This document shows positions 28,002 through 36,429 of a DNA stretch of 64,000 bases, one piece after another. The translations under genes and the position numbers were made by a program. The stretch spans positions 393 through 64,392 of the forward strand of contig CAZCRI010000001.1 of the NCBI GenBank assembly GCA_964501135.1. The letters run 5' to 3'. The stretch's first letter is position 1; every line of letters starts with the position of its first letter. This DNA is from an uncultured Candidatus Saccharibacteria bacterium (lineage in GTDB: Bacteria > Patescibacteriota > CPR2 > UBA1875 > CAIMLA01). The notes below the pieces were generated by a model that was not told where the DNA came from, did not search any database, and saw only the letters and a list, made by a program, of their open reading frames with translations.

Positions 28002-28856
28002 ATGCCAGAACTTCCAGAAGTAGAAACTATTGCGAGACAGCTAAATTCAAAGTTGGCTGGACTTAAGATAACTGACATCGAAATTCTGAATGAGGGTTCC
28101 TTTTTGGGAAACCCACAAGATATTATTGGCTCGGTTGTAGCAAGTGTCGGTAGGCGGGCAAAAACGCTTATCTTTGTATTGGAAAGTGGTCTGCAAATTC
28201 TCGTTCACCTAAAAATGACTGGTCAGCTTATCTATCAGGACGAGGAAAGTAGAGTTGCTGGAGGGCACCCCTCGCATGACTTTCATGCCGCTTTACCGAA
28301 TAAACACACGCGAGTGATCCTGTATTTTGATGACAAAGAATTATACTTCAACGACCTTCGTAAGTTTGGTTGGGTTAGAGTGGTGACTGCCACTGAGGCT
28401 GATAAGTATTTTTCCACCTACGGACCAGATGCCGTGCCACAGATTGATAAGAATTACTTCTTGGCTAGAGCGAAACGGATGGGAAAGTCTAGTATCAAAA
28501 GGTTTATCCTCGACCAGGGAGTAGTGTCTGGGGTTGGTAATATATATGCGGATGAGGTCCTATATGAAGCGCGCATTAACCCGGTGACTCTCGTTTCTAA
28601 AATTTCGGACGAAGAAATGTTCAAACTTGCCGATCTTATCTCAGAGAAGTTGGAATTCGCAATCCAAAAGGGCGGAACTACGGACAACGATTATGTTAAT
28701 GCCTACGGGGAAAAGGGCGGAATGCAGGACTACCTAAATGTTTATCATCATACCGGTGAGCCATGTCCTCGTAATTGTGGTGGTGTCATTACACGTACTC
28801 GAGTGGCAGGCCGGGGTACGCACTATTGTCCAGTGTGTCAGCAGGAGGCCAAGTGA
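28002..28856 (+). CDS. mutM: Formamidopyrimidine-DNA glycosylase (Fpg/MutM)
   Basis: 284 aa; N-terminal PELPEVE; C-terminal zinc finger CPRNCG...CPVCQ. Confidence 0.85.
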   Translation: MPELPEVETIARQLNSKLAGLKITDIEILNEGSFLGNPQDIIGSVVASVGRRAKTLIFVLESGLQILVHLKMTGQLIYQDEESRVAGGHPSHDFHAALPNKHTRVILYFDDKELYFNDLRKFGWVRVVTATEADKYFSTYGPDAVPQIDKNYFLARAKRMGKSSIKRFILDQGVVSGVGNIYADEVLYEARINPVTLVSKISDEEMFKLADLISEKLEFAIQKGGTTDNDYVNAYGEKGGMQDYLNVYHHTGEPCPRNCGGVITRTRVAGRGTHYCPVCQQEAK

Positions 28857-29785
28857 TATATTTGTTATTTGGACCAGATAAAGAAAGGCTAAATAAACGC
28901 CTGAGACAAATCAAAGCCGCAGCTGGGGTTAGTAATGACGGCATTAATTACCGTGAAATTGCAGCTGATTTTGATGCGGCAACTATTATTAGCGAGGCAG
29001 GTTCCATGCCTTTCCTTGCAGAGAAGAGAGTGGTAGTACTCCGCGGCTTGCTTGGCAACAAAAGCAAAGAACTTCTGGCAAAGATAGCAGAGTGGTTACC
29101 GCAGGTACCAGCAGAGACCGAGCTCATTTTGGTAGAAAATGAGGCTCCTGATCAGAGACTAGTAATTACGAAAACCCTGAACAAAGTGGGACAGGTCGAA
29201 AACTTTACGAACATGACTCCGATTGAGGCTGTGAAGCAGATCGAAAGGGCTGTGGTAGAAGCGGGAGGGAGTATTGATAAGGCCACTGCTTCGCTTCTGC
29301 AGATGTATCTCGGTACTGACAGTACAAGACTTACCAACGAGGTTAACAAGTTAGTGTCATATGACAAAAAGGTAACGCGGGAGAGTGTGGAGCTACTCGT
29401 GGATGCGGGGTATTTTAATACTATCTTTGATCTTACCGATGCAATTGCCACTCGAAATACCAAGAAAGCGTTACATAACCTGGAAAAGATATTGGAAAGC
29501 GGTGAAAGTGAGGTTTATCTCGTTTCAATGATTGCGATGCAAGTGAGAAACCTGCTAATTATCCAGGATCTAAAGGCGCACGGCCTCTCTGATTCAGAGA
29601 TGGTCTCCAGAAGTAAACTTCATCCTTTTGTAGTAAAGAAGTGCTTGGGGCAAATTCGTAACTTTACCAAAGAACAGTTAATCGCGATGCACAAGGGTCT
29701 GCTGGATCTTGATGTTGCGCTCAAGAGTGGAATTGCCGACCCAAAAACCCTACTCACAAAATATATACTAGACTCTATAATCTAA
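28853..29785 (+). CDS. holA: DNA polymerase III delta subunit (HolA)
   Basis: Proposed GTG start overlapping the fpg stop (GTGA); the track ORF starts further upstream inside fpg. N-terminal IYLLFGPD motif; clamp-loader delta architecture. Confidence 0.65.
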   Translation: MIYLLFGPDKERLNKRLRQIKAAAGVSNDGINYREIAADFDAATIISEAGSMPFLAEKRVVVLRGLLGNKSKELLAKIAEWLPQVPAETELILVENEAPDQRLVITKTLNKVGQVENFTNMTPIEAVKQIERAVVEAGGSIDKATASLLQMYLGTDSTRLTNEVNKLVSYDKKVTRESVELLVDAGYFNTIFDLTDAIATRNTKKALHNLEKILESGESEVYLVSMIAMQVRNLLIIQDLKAHGLSDSEMVSRSKLHPFVVKKCLGQIRNFTKEQLIAMHKGLLDLDVALKSGIADPKTLLTKYILDSII

Positions 29786-29786
29786 A

Positions 29787-29804
29787 AGACCCCCGAAGGG
29801 GTCT
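29787..29804. terminator. Bidirectional terminator (AGACCCC-cgaa-GGGGTCT) between holA and rpsT
   Basis: Perfect 7 bp stem with A-run and T-run flanks. Confidence 0.7.
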
Positions 29805-29807
29805 TCA

Positions 29808-30173
29808 TTATTTCTTTGCAGTTTTGGTTGCTGGCTTCTTTGTAGCGGTCTTCGCTTTAGGAGCTGCCTTAGTCTTTGGAGCTTGCTTTGAAGAAACTAG
29901 TTCTAGAGCCTTACCGAGTGATTTGTTTAGGGCAATAACTAGTCTAGATTTACGTCTAGCGGCGGTATTCTGGTGAATCACACCTTTCTTAGCTGCTTTA
30001 TCAATTGCCGAGATTGCCTCTGCGGTAATCTTACCGAGATCCTTCTCACCGGCAGCTACAGCCTTCTTGACTACTTTTACCTTACCACGAAAATCGGCCT
30101 TAGTCGCTTTATTGCGCTCGTTAGCCTTGCGGTTCTGCTTCATTGCCTTGATGGCGGACTTTGTTACTGGCAT
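29808..30173 (-). CDS. rpsT: 30S ribosomal protein S20 with Lys/Ala-rich C-terminal tail
   Basis: Real start MPVTKSAIKAMKQNRK... at 30173 with AAGGA RBS (the track ORF extends upstream to 30365); S20 signature. Confidence 0.85.
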   Translation of the reverse strand: MPVTKSAIKAMKQNRKANERNKATKADFRGKVKVVKKAVAAGEKDLGKITAEAISAIDKAAKKGVIHQNTAARRKSRLVIALNKSLGKALELVSSKQAPKTKAAPKAKTATKKPATKTAKK

Positions 30174-30327
30174 ATTAGAATCCTTTTGTTTACGCCTAAT
30201 GATTCTAGCACAATGAGGGGATTTTGTAAATAATTTGCTAATAGCAGGAAGTAAAACACTAAGTTTATACACAAGTGCAAAATACCTACGCATAGGCCAA
30301 ATCGTGCGATTTATGGCATAAATATCC

Positions 30328-30356
30328 TTGACAATTATCCGCATAAAGCGTAAAAT
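30328..30356 (+). promoter_or_regulatory. Consensus-like promoter TTGACA-17-TAAAAT driving the 22-codon small ORF
   Basis: Perfect -35, 17 nt spacer, -10 TAAAAT. Confidence 0.45.
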
Positions 30357-30389
30357 CGTAAGCACGCCGAAATGCGTAGAGGAGGTAGG

Positions 30390-30458
30390 ATGTTACCATT
30401 ACTCATGTGGGGAGTCGCTTTTGCGTTTACCTACAAGGTGCTGAGCATTCAAAGCTAA
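30390..30458 (+). CDS. Candidate small protein, 22 aa (MLPLLMWGVAFAFTYKVLSIQS), hydrophobic
   Basis: ATG 6 nt after AGAGGAGG RBS, immediately downstream of the promoter above, followed by a strong hairpin. Below the ORF-track length cut-off. Confidence 0.3.
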   Translation: MLPLLMWGVAFAFTYKVLSIQS

Positions 30459-30478
30459 AATATAGCGAAAGCACAAAT

Positions 30479-30503
30479 AAGACCACTGCTAGTCAGTGGT
30501 CTT
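30479..30503. terminator. Bidirectional terminator (AAGACCACTG-ctagt-CAGTGGTCTT) overlapping the recX stop codon
   Basis: Perfect 10 bp stem followed by ATTTATTT. Confidence 0.6.
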
Positions 30504-31112
30504 ATTTATTTCGTATATTTGTTCGAAGGCTTGTTTGGCAATCGTGTAACTGTAGCCCTTACGGGTAAGGAACGGCATCACTCTTGAGTAGTTTTCTTCT
30601 CGAGTCTGTGAGTTCTTGTACTTCTTAGTTGCAAGCTCGACTGCTATTGAGAGCTGATCTTCTGGTTCTATGTTTTCGAGGAGCGCCTCAATAATTTCTT
30701 TAGCAATCCCTTTGGCATTTAGTTCTTCTGAGAGGAGACGTTTACCTCTGGTTGTACTTCGTTCTCGAACCCACATCTCTGCAAAGGTGAGGTCGTCAGC
30801 ATAGCCAAGGGTACGAAGACGGTCTAGACAGCGGCCTATTACGGGCTTGTCATATTTCTTGCCCAGCTTTTGCCAGTATTCCCGCTCGGATTGCATCCGT
30901 CGGGATGCGAGTCCAAGGGCAGCATTCATGCATTTTTGGTATTCGTCCTCGCTATCAATATTTGAGATCTCTAGGGCAGTCACTTCCTTGCCCTCATAGA
31001 GGCCGAGCCTGGCTGCCGTCCCGATATCTAGTCCTGAGTGAAAGACACCATCCACATATAGATTTAGCCGCTCTTTGCGTTTCTTTTGCGGTTCCAGTGA
31101 AGTTACCTTCAT
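30489..31112 (-). CDS. recX: Regulatory protein RecX
   Basis: 207 aa helical protein immediately downstream of recA. Confidence 0.6.
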   Translation of the reverse strand: MKVTSLEPQKKRKERLNLYVDGVFHSGLDIGTAARLGLYEGKEVTALEISNIDSEDEYQKCMNAALGLASRRMQSEREYWQKLGKKYDKPVIGRCLDRLRTLGYADDLTFAEMWVRERSTTRGKRLLSEELNAKGIAKEIIEALLENIEPEDQLSIAVELATKKYKNSQTREENYSRVMPFLTRKGYSYTIAKQAFEQIYEINKTTD

Positions 31113-31117
31113 AGTAC

Positions 31118-32146
31118 CTACTTTGCAGCTACGGCAGCGTCTCGAACTAGTTTCTCAATTTCAGCGGCAAGCTTTGGATTGTCGCGCAAGAATTGTTTGC
31201 TTGCTTCTCGGCCTTGACCAATTTTTTCCTCTTTGTAGTCGTACCAAGCGCCTGACTTACCGACAACGCCGTACTTTACACCGAGGTCGATAATCTCACC
31301 AACTTTCGAAATACCTTCGTTGTACATAATGTCGAATTCTGCAGTGCGGAAAGGCGGTGCGACCTTGTTCTTTACAACCTTTACCTTTACACGATTCCCG
31401 ATAATATTGTCACCGTCTTTGAGCTGTTCACTGCGGCGGATATCCATACGGACCGAAGAAAAGAACTTGAGAGCTTGCCCGCCAGAGGTAGTTTCTGGAT
31501 TGCCAAACATGACGCCGATCTTCATACGAATCTGATTTATGAAGATAACGACCGTGTTGGACTTCGAGATAGCCCCAGTCATTTTACGTAAGGCCTGGGA
31601 CATTAATCTGGCTTGGAGACCCATGTGTGAGTCACCCATATCGCCTTCAATCTCGGCGCGTGGTACGAGGGCAGCAACTGAGTCGATAACTATTACATCT
31701 ATCGAATTGGAGCGTACTAGGGTTTCAGCGATTTCTAGAGCCTGCTCACCCGTGTCTGGCTGTGAGATTAGTAGTTTATCGATGTCGACTCCAATATTCT
31801 TGGCATACTCTGGGTCTAGAGCGTGCTCGGCATCAATAAAGGCAGCAATTCCGCCATTTCTCTGTGCCTCAGCCACCACGTGGTAGGCTAGTGTCGTCTT
31901 ACCAGAGGATTCTGGGCCATAAACCTCGATGATACGGCCCTTGGGCACGCCACCACCAAGTGCAAGGTCAAGAGATAGGGATCCGGTAGATACGGTCTCT
32001 ACGTGGCATCTATTGGCTTCTCCGAGCTTCATGATGGCGCCTTTGCCAAACTGCTTCTCGATAGCATCAACAGCTGTTTGAATGTCTTCTATACGGTGGT
32101 CAGGGGCTAAGGTTGGTTTTCCTGATTTTGAGTCTTTTGGTGTCAT
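31118..32146 (-). CDS. recA: Recombinase RecA
   Basis: 342 aa; Walker [12 protein letters not shown]; canonical RecA sequence; AAGGAGG RBS. Confidence 0.95.
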   Translation of the reverse strand: MTPKDSKSGKPTLAPDHRIEDIQTAVDAIEKQFGKGAIMKLGEANRCHVETVSTGSLSLDLALGGGVPKGRIIEVYGPESSGKTTLAYHVVAEAQRNGGIAAFIDAEHALDPEYAKNIGVDIDKLLISQPDTGEQALEIAETLVRSNSIDVIVIDSVAALVPRAEIEGDMGDSHMGLQARLMSQALRKMTGAISKSNTVVIFINQIRMKIGVMFGNPETTSGGQALKFFSSVRMDIRRSEQLKDGDNIIGNRVKVKVVKNKVAPPFRTAEFDIMYNEGISKVGEIIDLGVKYGVVGKSGAWYDYKEEKIGQGREASKQFLRDNPKLAAEIEKLVRDAAVAAK

Positions 32147-32158
32147 TACAATTCCTCC

Positions 32159-32527
32159 TTAAAAGTCTTCATTTTGAAAATTATATGGGTGAAAATCTAG
32201 CTGTTCAGTAGGAATACCTAAATCTAGGCCGTAATTTGTCGCTTCCTTCCAAGTTGTTTTGTCTGAAGTCATTTCAAAAACTGCATCCTTGAAAATAACG
32301 ATAAGTTTTGTCCCAAATTCGTTATAAGCATGTATATACCATGGATTGGTAGTCTTTAGCTGTGATTGAAGGGTAGATATAGCAAGATTAAGACTGTTTC
32401 CGTTAATCTCGATCTTAAAGATAGTCCAACTACCAACCTTAGTACTGATAATTGGAAAGTTGAATTCATGGATCGATTCAGGTAGTTGTAAACTTTCCTT
32501 AATAACTAATGCGTGATATTTTTCCAT
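32159..32527 (-). CDS. Hypothetical protein encoded between lexA and recA (candidate SOS-regulon effector)
   Basis: 122 aa; starts 4 nt after the lexA stop and ends 12 nt before the recA start; no family recognised. Confidence 0.45.
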   Translation of the reverse strand: MEKYHALVIKESLQLPESIHEFNFPIISTKVGSWTIFKIEINGNSLNLAISTLQSQLKTTNPWYIHAYNEFGTKLIVIFKDAVFEMTSDKTTWKEATNYGLDLGIPTEQLDFHPYNFQNEDF

Positions 32528-32531
32528 CTAT

Positions 32532-33164
32532 TTAGAAATTATTCTTTACTACGCCGATAACTTTGCCCTGGATCATGAAGGTCCCGAGCTCGGGGATGAT
32601 AGGGGCGTGCATCGGGTTATCGCTCATCGGCTGGAATACGATGCGCTTATGCTCCTTATCTACGCGATATTTCTTTACCGTAGCCTCGCTACCCATAAGA
32701 ACAACAACTTTGTCTCCTTCTTCGGCGGTATTCTGCTTGTGAAAGATGATGTAATCGCCATCGTCAATGCCGGCCAGATTCATAGAATCGCCCTGAGCCT
32801 TGAGCATAAAGACGTCCGAAGTGTATTTAACAAAAGCTTTTGGCAATGGAATAATCTCCTCAATCATTTCCTCGGCCCAGATAGGCATACCGCAAGCAAC
32901 AGAACCAACCAGTGGAACCTGAACGATGTCGTCATCACTTTTGATGCCCTCCCCTGTATTGAGCATGATGCCACGAGCCTTGCCATCTACCTTGGTAATG
33001 TAGCCCTTTGCCTCCAGTGCATTGAGGTGTGCCACTGCTCCCATAGGGGATGAGCAGCCTAGCTTCTCTTGGAGTTCGCGGACAGTAGGTGCCTGCCCAG
33101 TTTTCTGGACCGATGTTTCGATCCAACCGAGTACTTTTTCTTGTTTGTCTGTTAGAGCTTTCAT
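32532..33164 (-). CDS. lexA: LexA repressor (S24 peptidase)
   Basis: Real start MKALTDKQEKVLGWI at 33164 (the track ORF extends to 33203); N-terminal winged HTH; Ser-Lys dyad context (QGDSM ... KVIGVVK). Confidence 0.85.
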   Translation of the reverse strand: MKALTDKQEKVLGWIETSVQKTGQAPTVRELQEKLGCSSPMGAVAHLNALEAKGYITKVDGKARGIMLNTGEGIKSDDDIVQVPLVGSVACGMPIWAEEMIEEIIPLPKAFVKYTSDVFMLKAQGDSMNLAGIDDGDYIIFHKQNTAEEGDKVVVLMGSEATVKKYRVDKEHKRIVFQPMSDNPMHAPIIPELGTFMIQGKVIGVVKNNF

Positions 33165-33177
33165 GGACACTCCAATT

Positions 33178-33249
33178 AGTATACCAAAAGTGTATACTAC
33201 CACTTATCCACATGTCAAGTACTTTGTAAGGTATACAAAAATGGTATAT
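33178..33249 (-). promoter_or_regulatory. Tandem GTATAC-N7-GTATAC/T inverted-repeat sites upstream of lexA (candidate LexA operators)
   Basis: AGTATAC-caaaagt-GTATACT at 33178-33198 and GGTATAC-aaaaatg-GTATAT at 33230-33249, both in the lexA promoter region. Confidence 0.35.
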
Positions 33250-33268
33250 GCAGTGTTTAAAGCGGCAT

Positions 33269-33296
33269 GGCGCTGGGACTGTGTTGTCCCAGCGCC
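33269..33296. terminator. Perfect 11 bp GC hairpin (GGCGCTGGGAC-tgtgtt-GTCCCAGCGCC) at the edge of GC-rich islet 2
   Basis: Lies 10 nt beyond the stop of the 33306..33914 minus-strand gene; no U-run. Confidence 0.45.
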
Positions 33297-33305
33297 ACTG
33301 TCTTC

Positions 33306-33914
33306 TCAGACCGCTGCGGAGGCGTCTTTCGGTTCGGGGAAGCTTCTAAGTCTCTGTTCGGGATAGAATTTCATTTCCCTGATATTGACGAGGTAGGTAC
33401 AGGAGTCTATAGATCCATCGTCATTGACCGGGGAAGTGACAGTGGCCGAGAAATCCTCGAGGCTTGTGCCTAGACGAGCGACCTTAACCCTATCAGATTC
33501 GCCTACCGAGTCGCCGAGGGCTTCTTTGATACGCAGGGTTTCGGATATCTCCGGTTTTGTCCAGTGTGATGCGGCATAGAGCCTGGCGCAGTCCGGACAG
33601 TAGAGAAACGCCCTGTAGCTCTTGCGGTCAGATGGATACGCCGTCGTTATGAGAACCAGTCGGCCCGTGTGTTTGCAGGGGTTGTCAGACGGGTAGAACC
33701 CACTGCGGCTACGCCAGCCACGAATTCGGTACGTCCAGCCCAGCGGCTTGTCCTTGAGGTGTTCCTCGAGCCGCATGAACAGATTGACGAGGACTTTGTC
33801 GGAGACGTGGCGACGAAGGTAGATGCCGAGGTGAAACAGTATGAGTACAATCACCAGGGCGATAACAGCGACGGTACCAAGAATGGCATCGGAAATGCCG
33901 AAGGTACTGAGCAT
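33306..33914 (-). CDS. Hypothetical membrane-anchored protein (N-terminal TM, Cys-containing cytoplasmic domain) in GC-rich islet 2
   Basis: 202 aa; roughly 55 % GC gene flanked by roughly 45 % GC DNA; no family recognised. Confidence 0.45.
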   Translation of the reverse strand: MLSTFGISDAILGTVAVIALVIVLILFHLGIYLRRHVSDKVLVNLFMRLEEHLKDKPLGWTYRIRGWRSRSGFYPSDNPCKHTGRLVLITTAYPSDRKSYRAFLYCPDCARLYAASHWTKPEISETLRIKEALGDSVGESDRVKVARLGTSLEDFSATVTSPVNDDGSIDSCTYLVNIREMKFYPEQRLRSFPEPKDASAAV

Positions 33915-34015
33915 AGCACACCTCTTTCATGGGTGGCAGCGGTTTGGTCTAAGAACATAATAATTATCCATGATTACGGTTATTTGTAAAGGAATATTTG
34001 TTTAAGTGGGTGGAC

Positions 34016-34777
34016 CTACTTTGATATAGTCAACATCACTCGCCCTTGATTCATCTTGGACGTTTGAGAGTCGATGGCCTGCCACAAGATGTTCCAATCG
34101 TAGTGGTGGTCCGGTCCATTACCGACTCCGGCATCGTTGGTAATCACACCCGTAGCGTCGTAACCCTTGATAAGAAGGACGTGATAGACACTTACTGGAC
34201 CGTACATACTGTTTTGTAGAGAGTGTGTCATTACTGGAACCACGACAGGATTTCCACTTGCGATGGCTGTTTTGATGCTGGTTTCGTCCGCTGCCGCCGT
34301 TTTGTAGTTAAAGCCGTAATATTCTTTGGCAAATTTTCCCAAAGCCTCCATGGTGAGGTCTGGTTCGCTGCCGTAGTGGGCTACTTGCCAGTTTTTCATC
34401 GTTCGAAAGAAACCGTCTAGGGCCCCCTCCTCAAACTTCGCATTAGATTTATTACCGTCCAGATACTCCTTATACATTACAAGCGCGGCTTCCTCGCAGG
34501 ACTCCTCGTGTACAGTCCAATTACCAAAAGGTGCCTGGGCTGCATAAGGGACAGCAAGGTTTGCAGTCGCTGGTAGAACTACTGGCTTCGAATTATTTGT
34601 GGTAATGGTGAGACTAGTGTCTCTTGTCGCTGTAGAATTAGTGGAAATACGAGTCATCTCTGCTTTGTAGTAGCGATATAGTCCTACAGATGCACCAGTA
34701 AGGATAATTCCAAACACAAAAAGCAGGGCCACTTGTCTGATTTGAACTTGTTCTTTATTGAGTTTGCGTCGCTTCAT
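34016..34777 (-). CDS. Membrane-anchored putative papain-like/C39-like cysteine peptidase domain protein
   Basis: 253 aa; N-terminal TM; Gln...Cys (QAPFGNWTVHEESCEEAAL) and distal His/Asp, reminiscent of the C39-like peptidase fold. Weak call. Confidence 0.35.
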   Translation of the reverse strand: MKRRKLNKEQVQIRQVALLFVFGIILTGASVGLYRYYKAEMTRISTNSTATRDTSLTITTNNSKPVVLPATANLAVPYAAQAPFGNWTVHEESCEEAALVMYKEYLDGNKSNAKFEEGALDGFFRTMKNWQVAHYGSEPDLTMEALGKFAKEYYGFNYKTAAADETSIKTAIASGNPVVVPVMTHSLQNSMYGPVSVYHVLLIKGYDATGVITNDAGVGNGPDHHYDWNILWQAIDSQTSKMNQGRVMLTISK

Positions 34778-35902
34778 TTAGATAAACCTATTTACCACCT
34801 GATTATACACCAGCTTTCCAGCGAGGGTCAGACGATATTCCCTAGTGACCAGCTTGGCTGAAAGCAGCTCTGAAGGGATGGTGACATTACCTTTGTATTG
34901 CATCAGGGCTTGTCTAAAAGAGGCGTTTAAACGCATCGTCGCAAGTAGCTTGAGTCTATATTGCTCATTCTCAGAAAGTATGGTTCGGCTGGGTTTTGGG
35001 TCACCCTGCAAGTAACTAACAAAGTTGTCAGTATTTGTACTTATCACATTCTTCTGTCGAGAGGTTGCACCAAGTCCAAACCCTAGATAATCCTTGCCGT
35101 GCCAAAAGTCCAGATTGTGCCGGCAGTATTCCTGTTTACGCGTAAAGTTGGAAATTTCGTATTGTTCAAACCCCAGTTCGGTTAATAATTTCCAGGCAGA
35201 GAGGAGCATGGTGGTAGCAGTGTCTTCTGCGGGTAACGCAAAACGTTCCGGATGTTTACCGATGGCCGATGTATTGTCGGTTTCTAGGTCGTAAAGTGAG
35301 ATGTGATTTACGCCAAGTGCGGCGAGCTTTCTGAGCGTGTCCAGTTGGGTTGTCATGGTCTCATGAGGAAGCCCAGAGATCAGGTCAACCCCAACGTTAT
35401 CGAAATACTTCTTGGCCAAAACTACTTTTTGCAGCGCTTCTGAGGCGAGTAACGAACGATTAATGGCTTTGCGTGTGGTATCGTTTAGACTTTGAATGCC
35501 GATGCTAAGGCGATTGACGCCAGTCTGTTTCCAGGCAGCAAGCTTGGCTTCGGTGATGTCCTCTGGGTTGCTTTCTAGAGTGACCTCAGTATCTTTAGTG
35601 AATTTCGTTCTTGTGCGTAAGGTCTGTATCATCTTCTTAATATTTGAAGCCTCGATAAGGCTAGGAGTACCGCCGCCAAAGTAGATGGTATCCTTTGGGC
35701 TGTCATTTCGACTGAGTGAAACAAATGGAGAAATCTTCCCGAGATCTCTCGACGTTGCTCGAGATGACAGGTGGGGGGACTTTGCAATCTCATTGCAAAG
35801 TGCAGTGACGTATTCATCTTCTTTACTTTGGTCGCAATGACTCAAAAATGCGCAGTAGGCGCATTTTGAGTGGCAAAACGGAATGTGAATATAGTAGTTC
35901 AT
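34778..35902 (-). CDS. hemW: Radical SAM heme chaperone HemW (HemN-like, oxygen-independent coproporphyrinogen oxidase family)
   Basis: 374 aa; YIHIPFCHSKCAYCAF CxxxCxxC radical-SAM motif with HemW-type N-terminus. Confidence 0.8.
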   Translation of the reverse strand: MNYYIHIPFCHSKCAYCAFLSHCDQSKEDEYVTALCNEIAKSPHLSSRATSRDLGKISPFVSLSRNDSPKDTIYFGGGTPSLIEASNIKKMIQTLRTRTKFTKDTEVTLESNPEDITEAKLAAWKQTGVNRLSIGIQSLNDTTRKAINRSLLASEALQKVVLAKKYFDNVGVDLISGLPHETMTTQLDTLRKLAALGVNHISLYDLETDNTSAIGKHPERFALPAEDTATTMLLSAWKLLTELGFEQYEISNFTRKQEYCRHNLDFWHGKDYLGFGLGATSRQKNVISTNTDNFVSYLQGDPKPSRTILSENEQYRLKLLATMRLNASFRQALMQYKGNVTIPSELLSAKLVTREYRLTLAGKLVYNQVVNRFI

Positions 35903-36429
35903 TATTTACGTTTGGAGATAGCCTCTTTGGTGGCGCGATATACTTTGATAGTCCAGAGAATGAGCCATAGGATCATGCCTGAGACAAAGGCAAGTAAAAG
36001 CCAAGGATTCATGCCGAGAGATTTATCGAGTGCCGAAACATTCATCGCATAGACCATATAGGTGAGAAGAACACCGACCCAGAGTCCAGTGCCGACTAGC
36101 ATGGTGCGGATCAGGTCGAAGGCGTGTTCCTTTACTTTGTCCTCCATGGCCATCAGCCACATGGTGGTAGGCATGTCAGAATACTGAGGTTTCCAGTAGA
36201 GAAAGCCAAACATGGCAACCATCAAGGTTTGAATGGCTGGTAGTAAGAACGCCCAAAATATTGATTTGTTTTGCCAGTCATCGGCCATTCCGTTTACCCC
36301 AAAATGTGTAGGGATTACGGCGGGTAGCTTCCCCCAATACGTCGCGGCGATAATCCAGCTTGCCAGAGCCAGTAGACCGGTAACGGCAAGACCATATTTG
36401 TGCCAAGTTTTCATTTTGCATCTCCCCAA
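35902..36429 (-). CDS. DUF1648-family membrane protein (SdpI/YfhL-like)
   Basis: 175 aa; 4 TM; N-terminal WGKLPAVIPTHFGVNGMAD motif. Confidence 0.45.
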   Translation of the reverse strand: MGRCKMKTWHKYGLAVTGLLALASWIIAATYWGKLPAVIPTHFGVNGMADDWQNKSIFWAFLLPAIQTLMVAMFGFLYWKPQYSDMPTTMWLMAMEDKVKEHAFDLIRTMLVGTGLWVGVLLTYMVYAMNVSALDKSLGMNPWLLLAFVSGMILWLILWTIKVYRATKEAISKRK

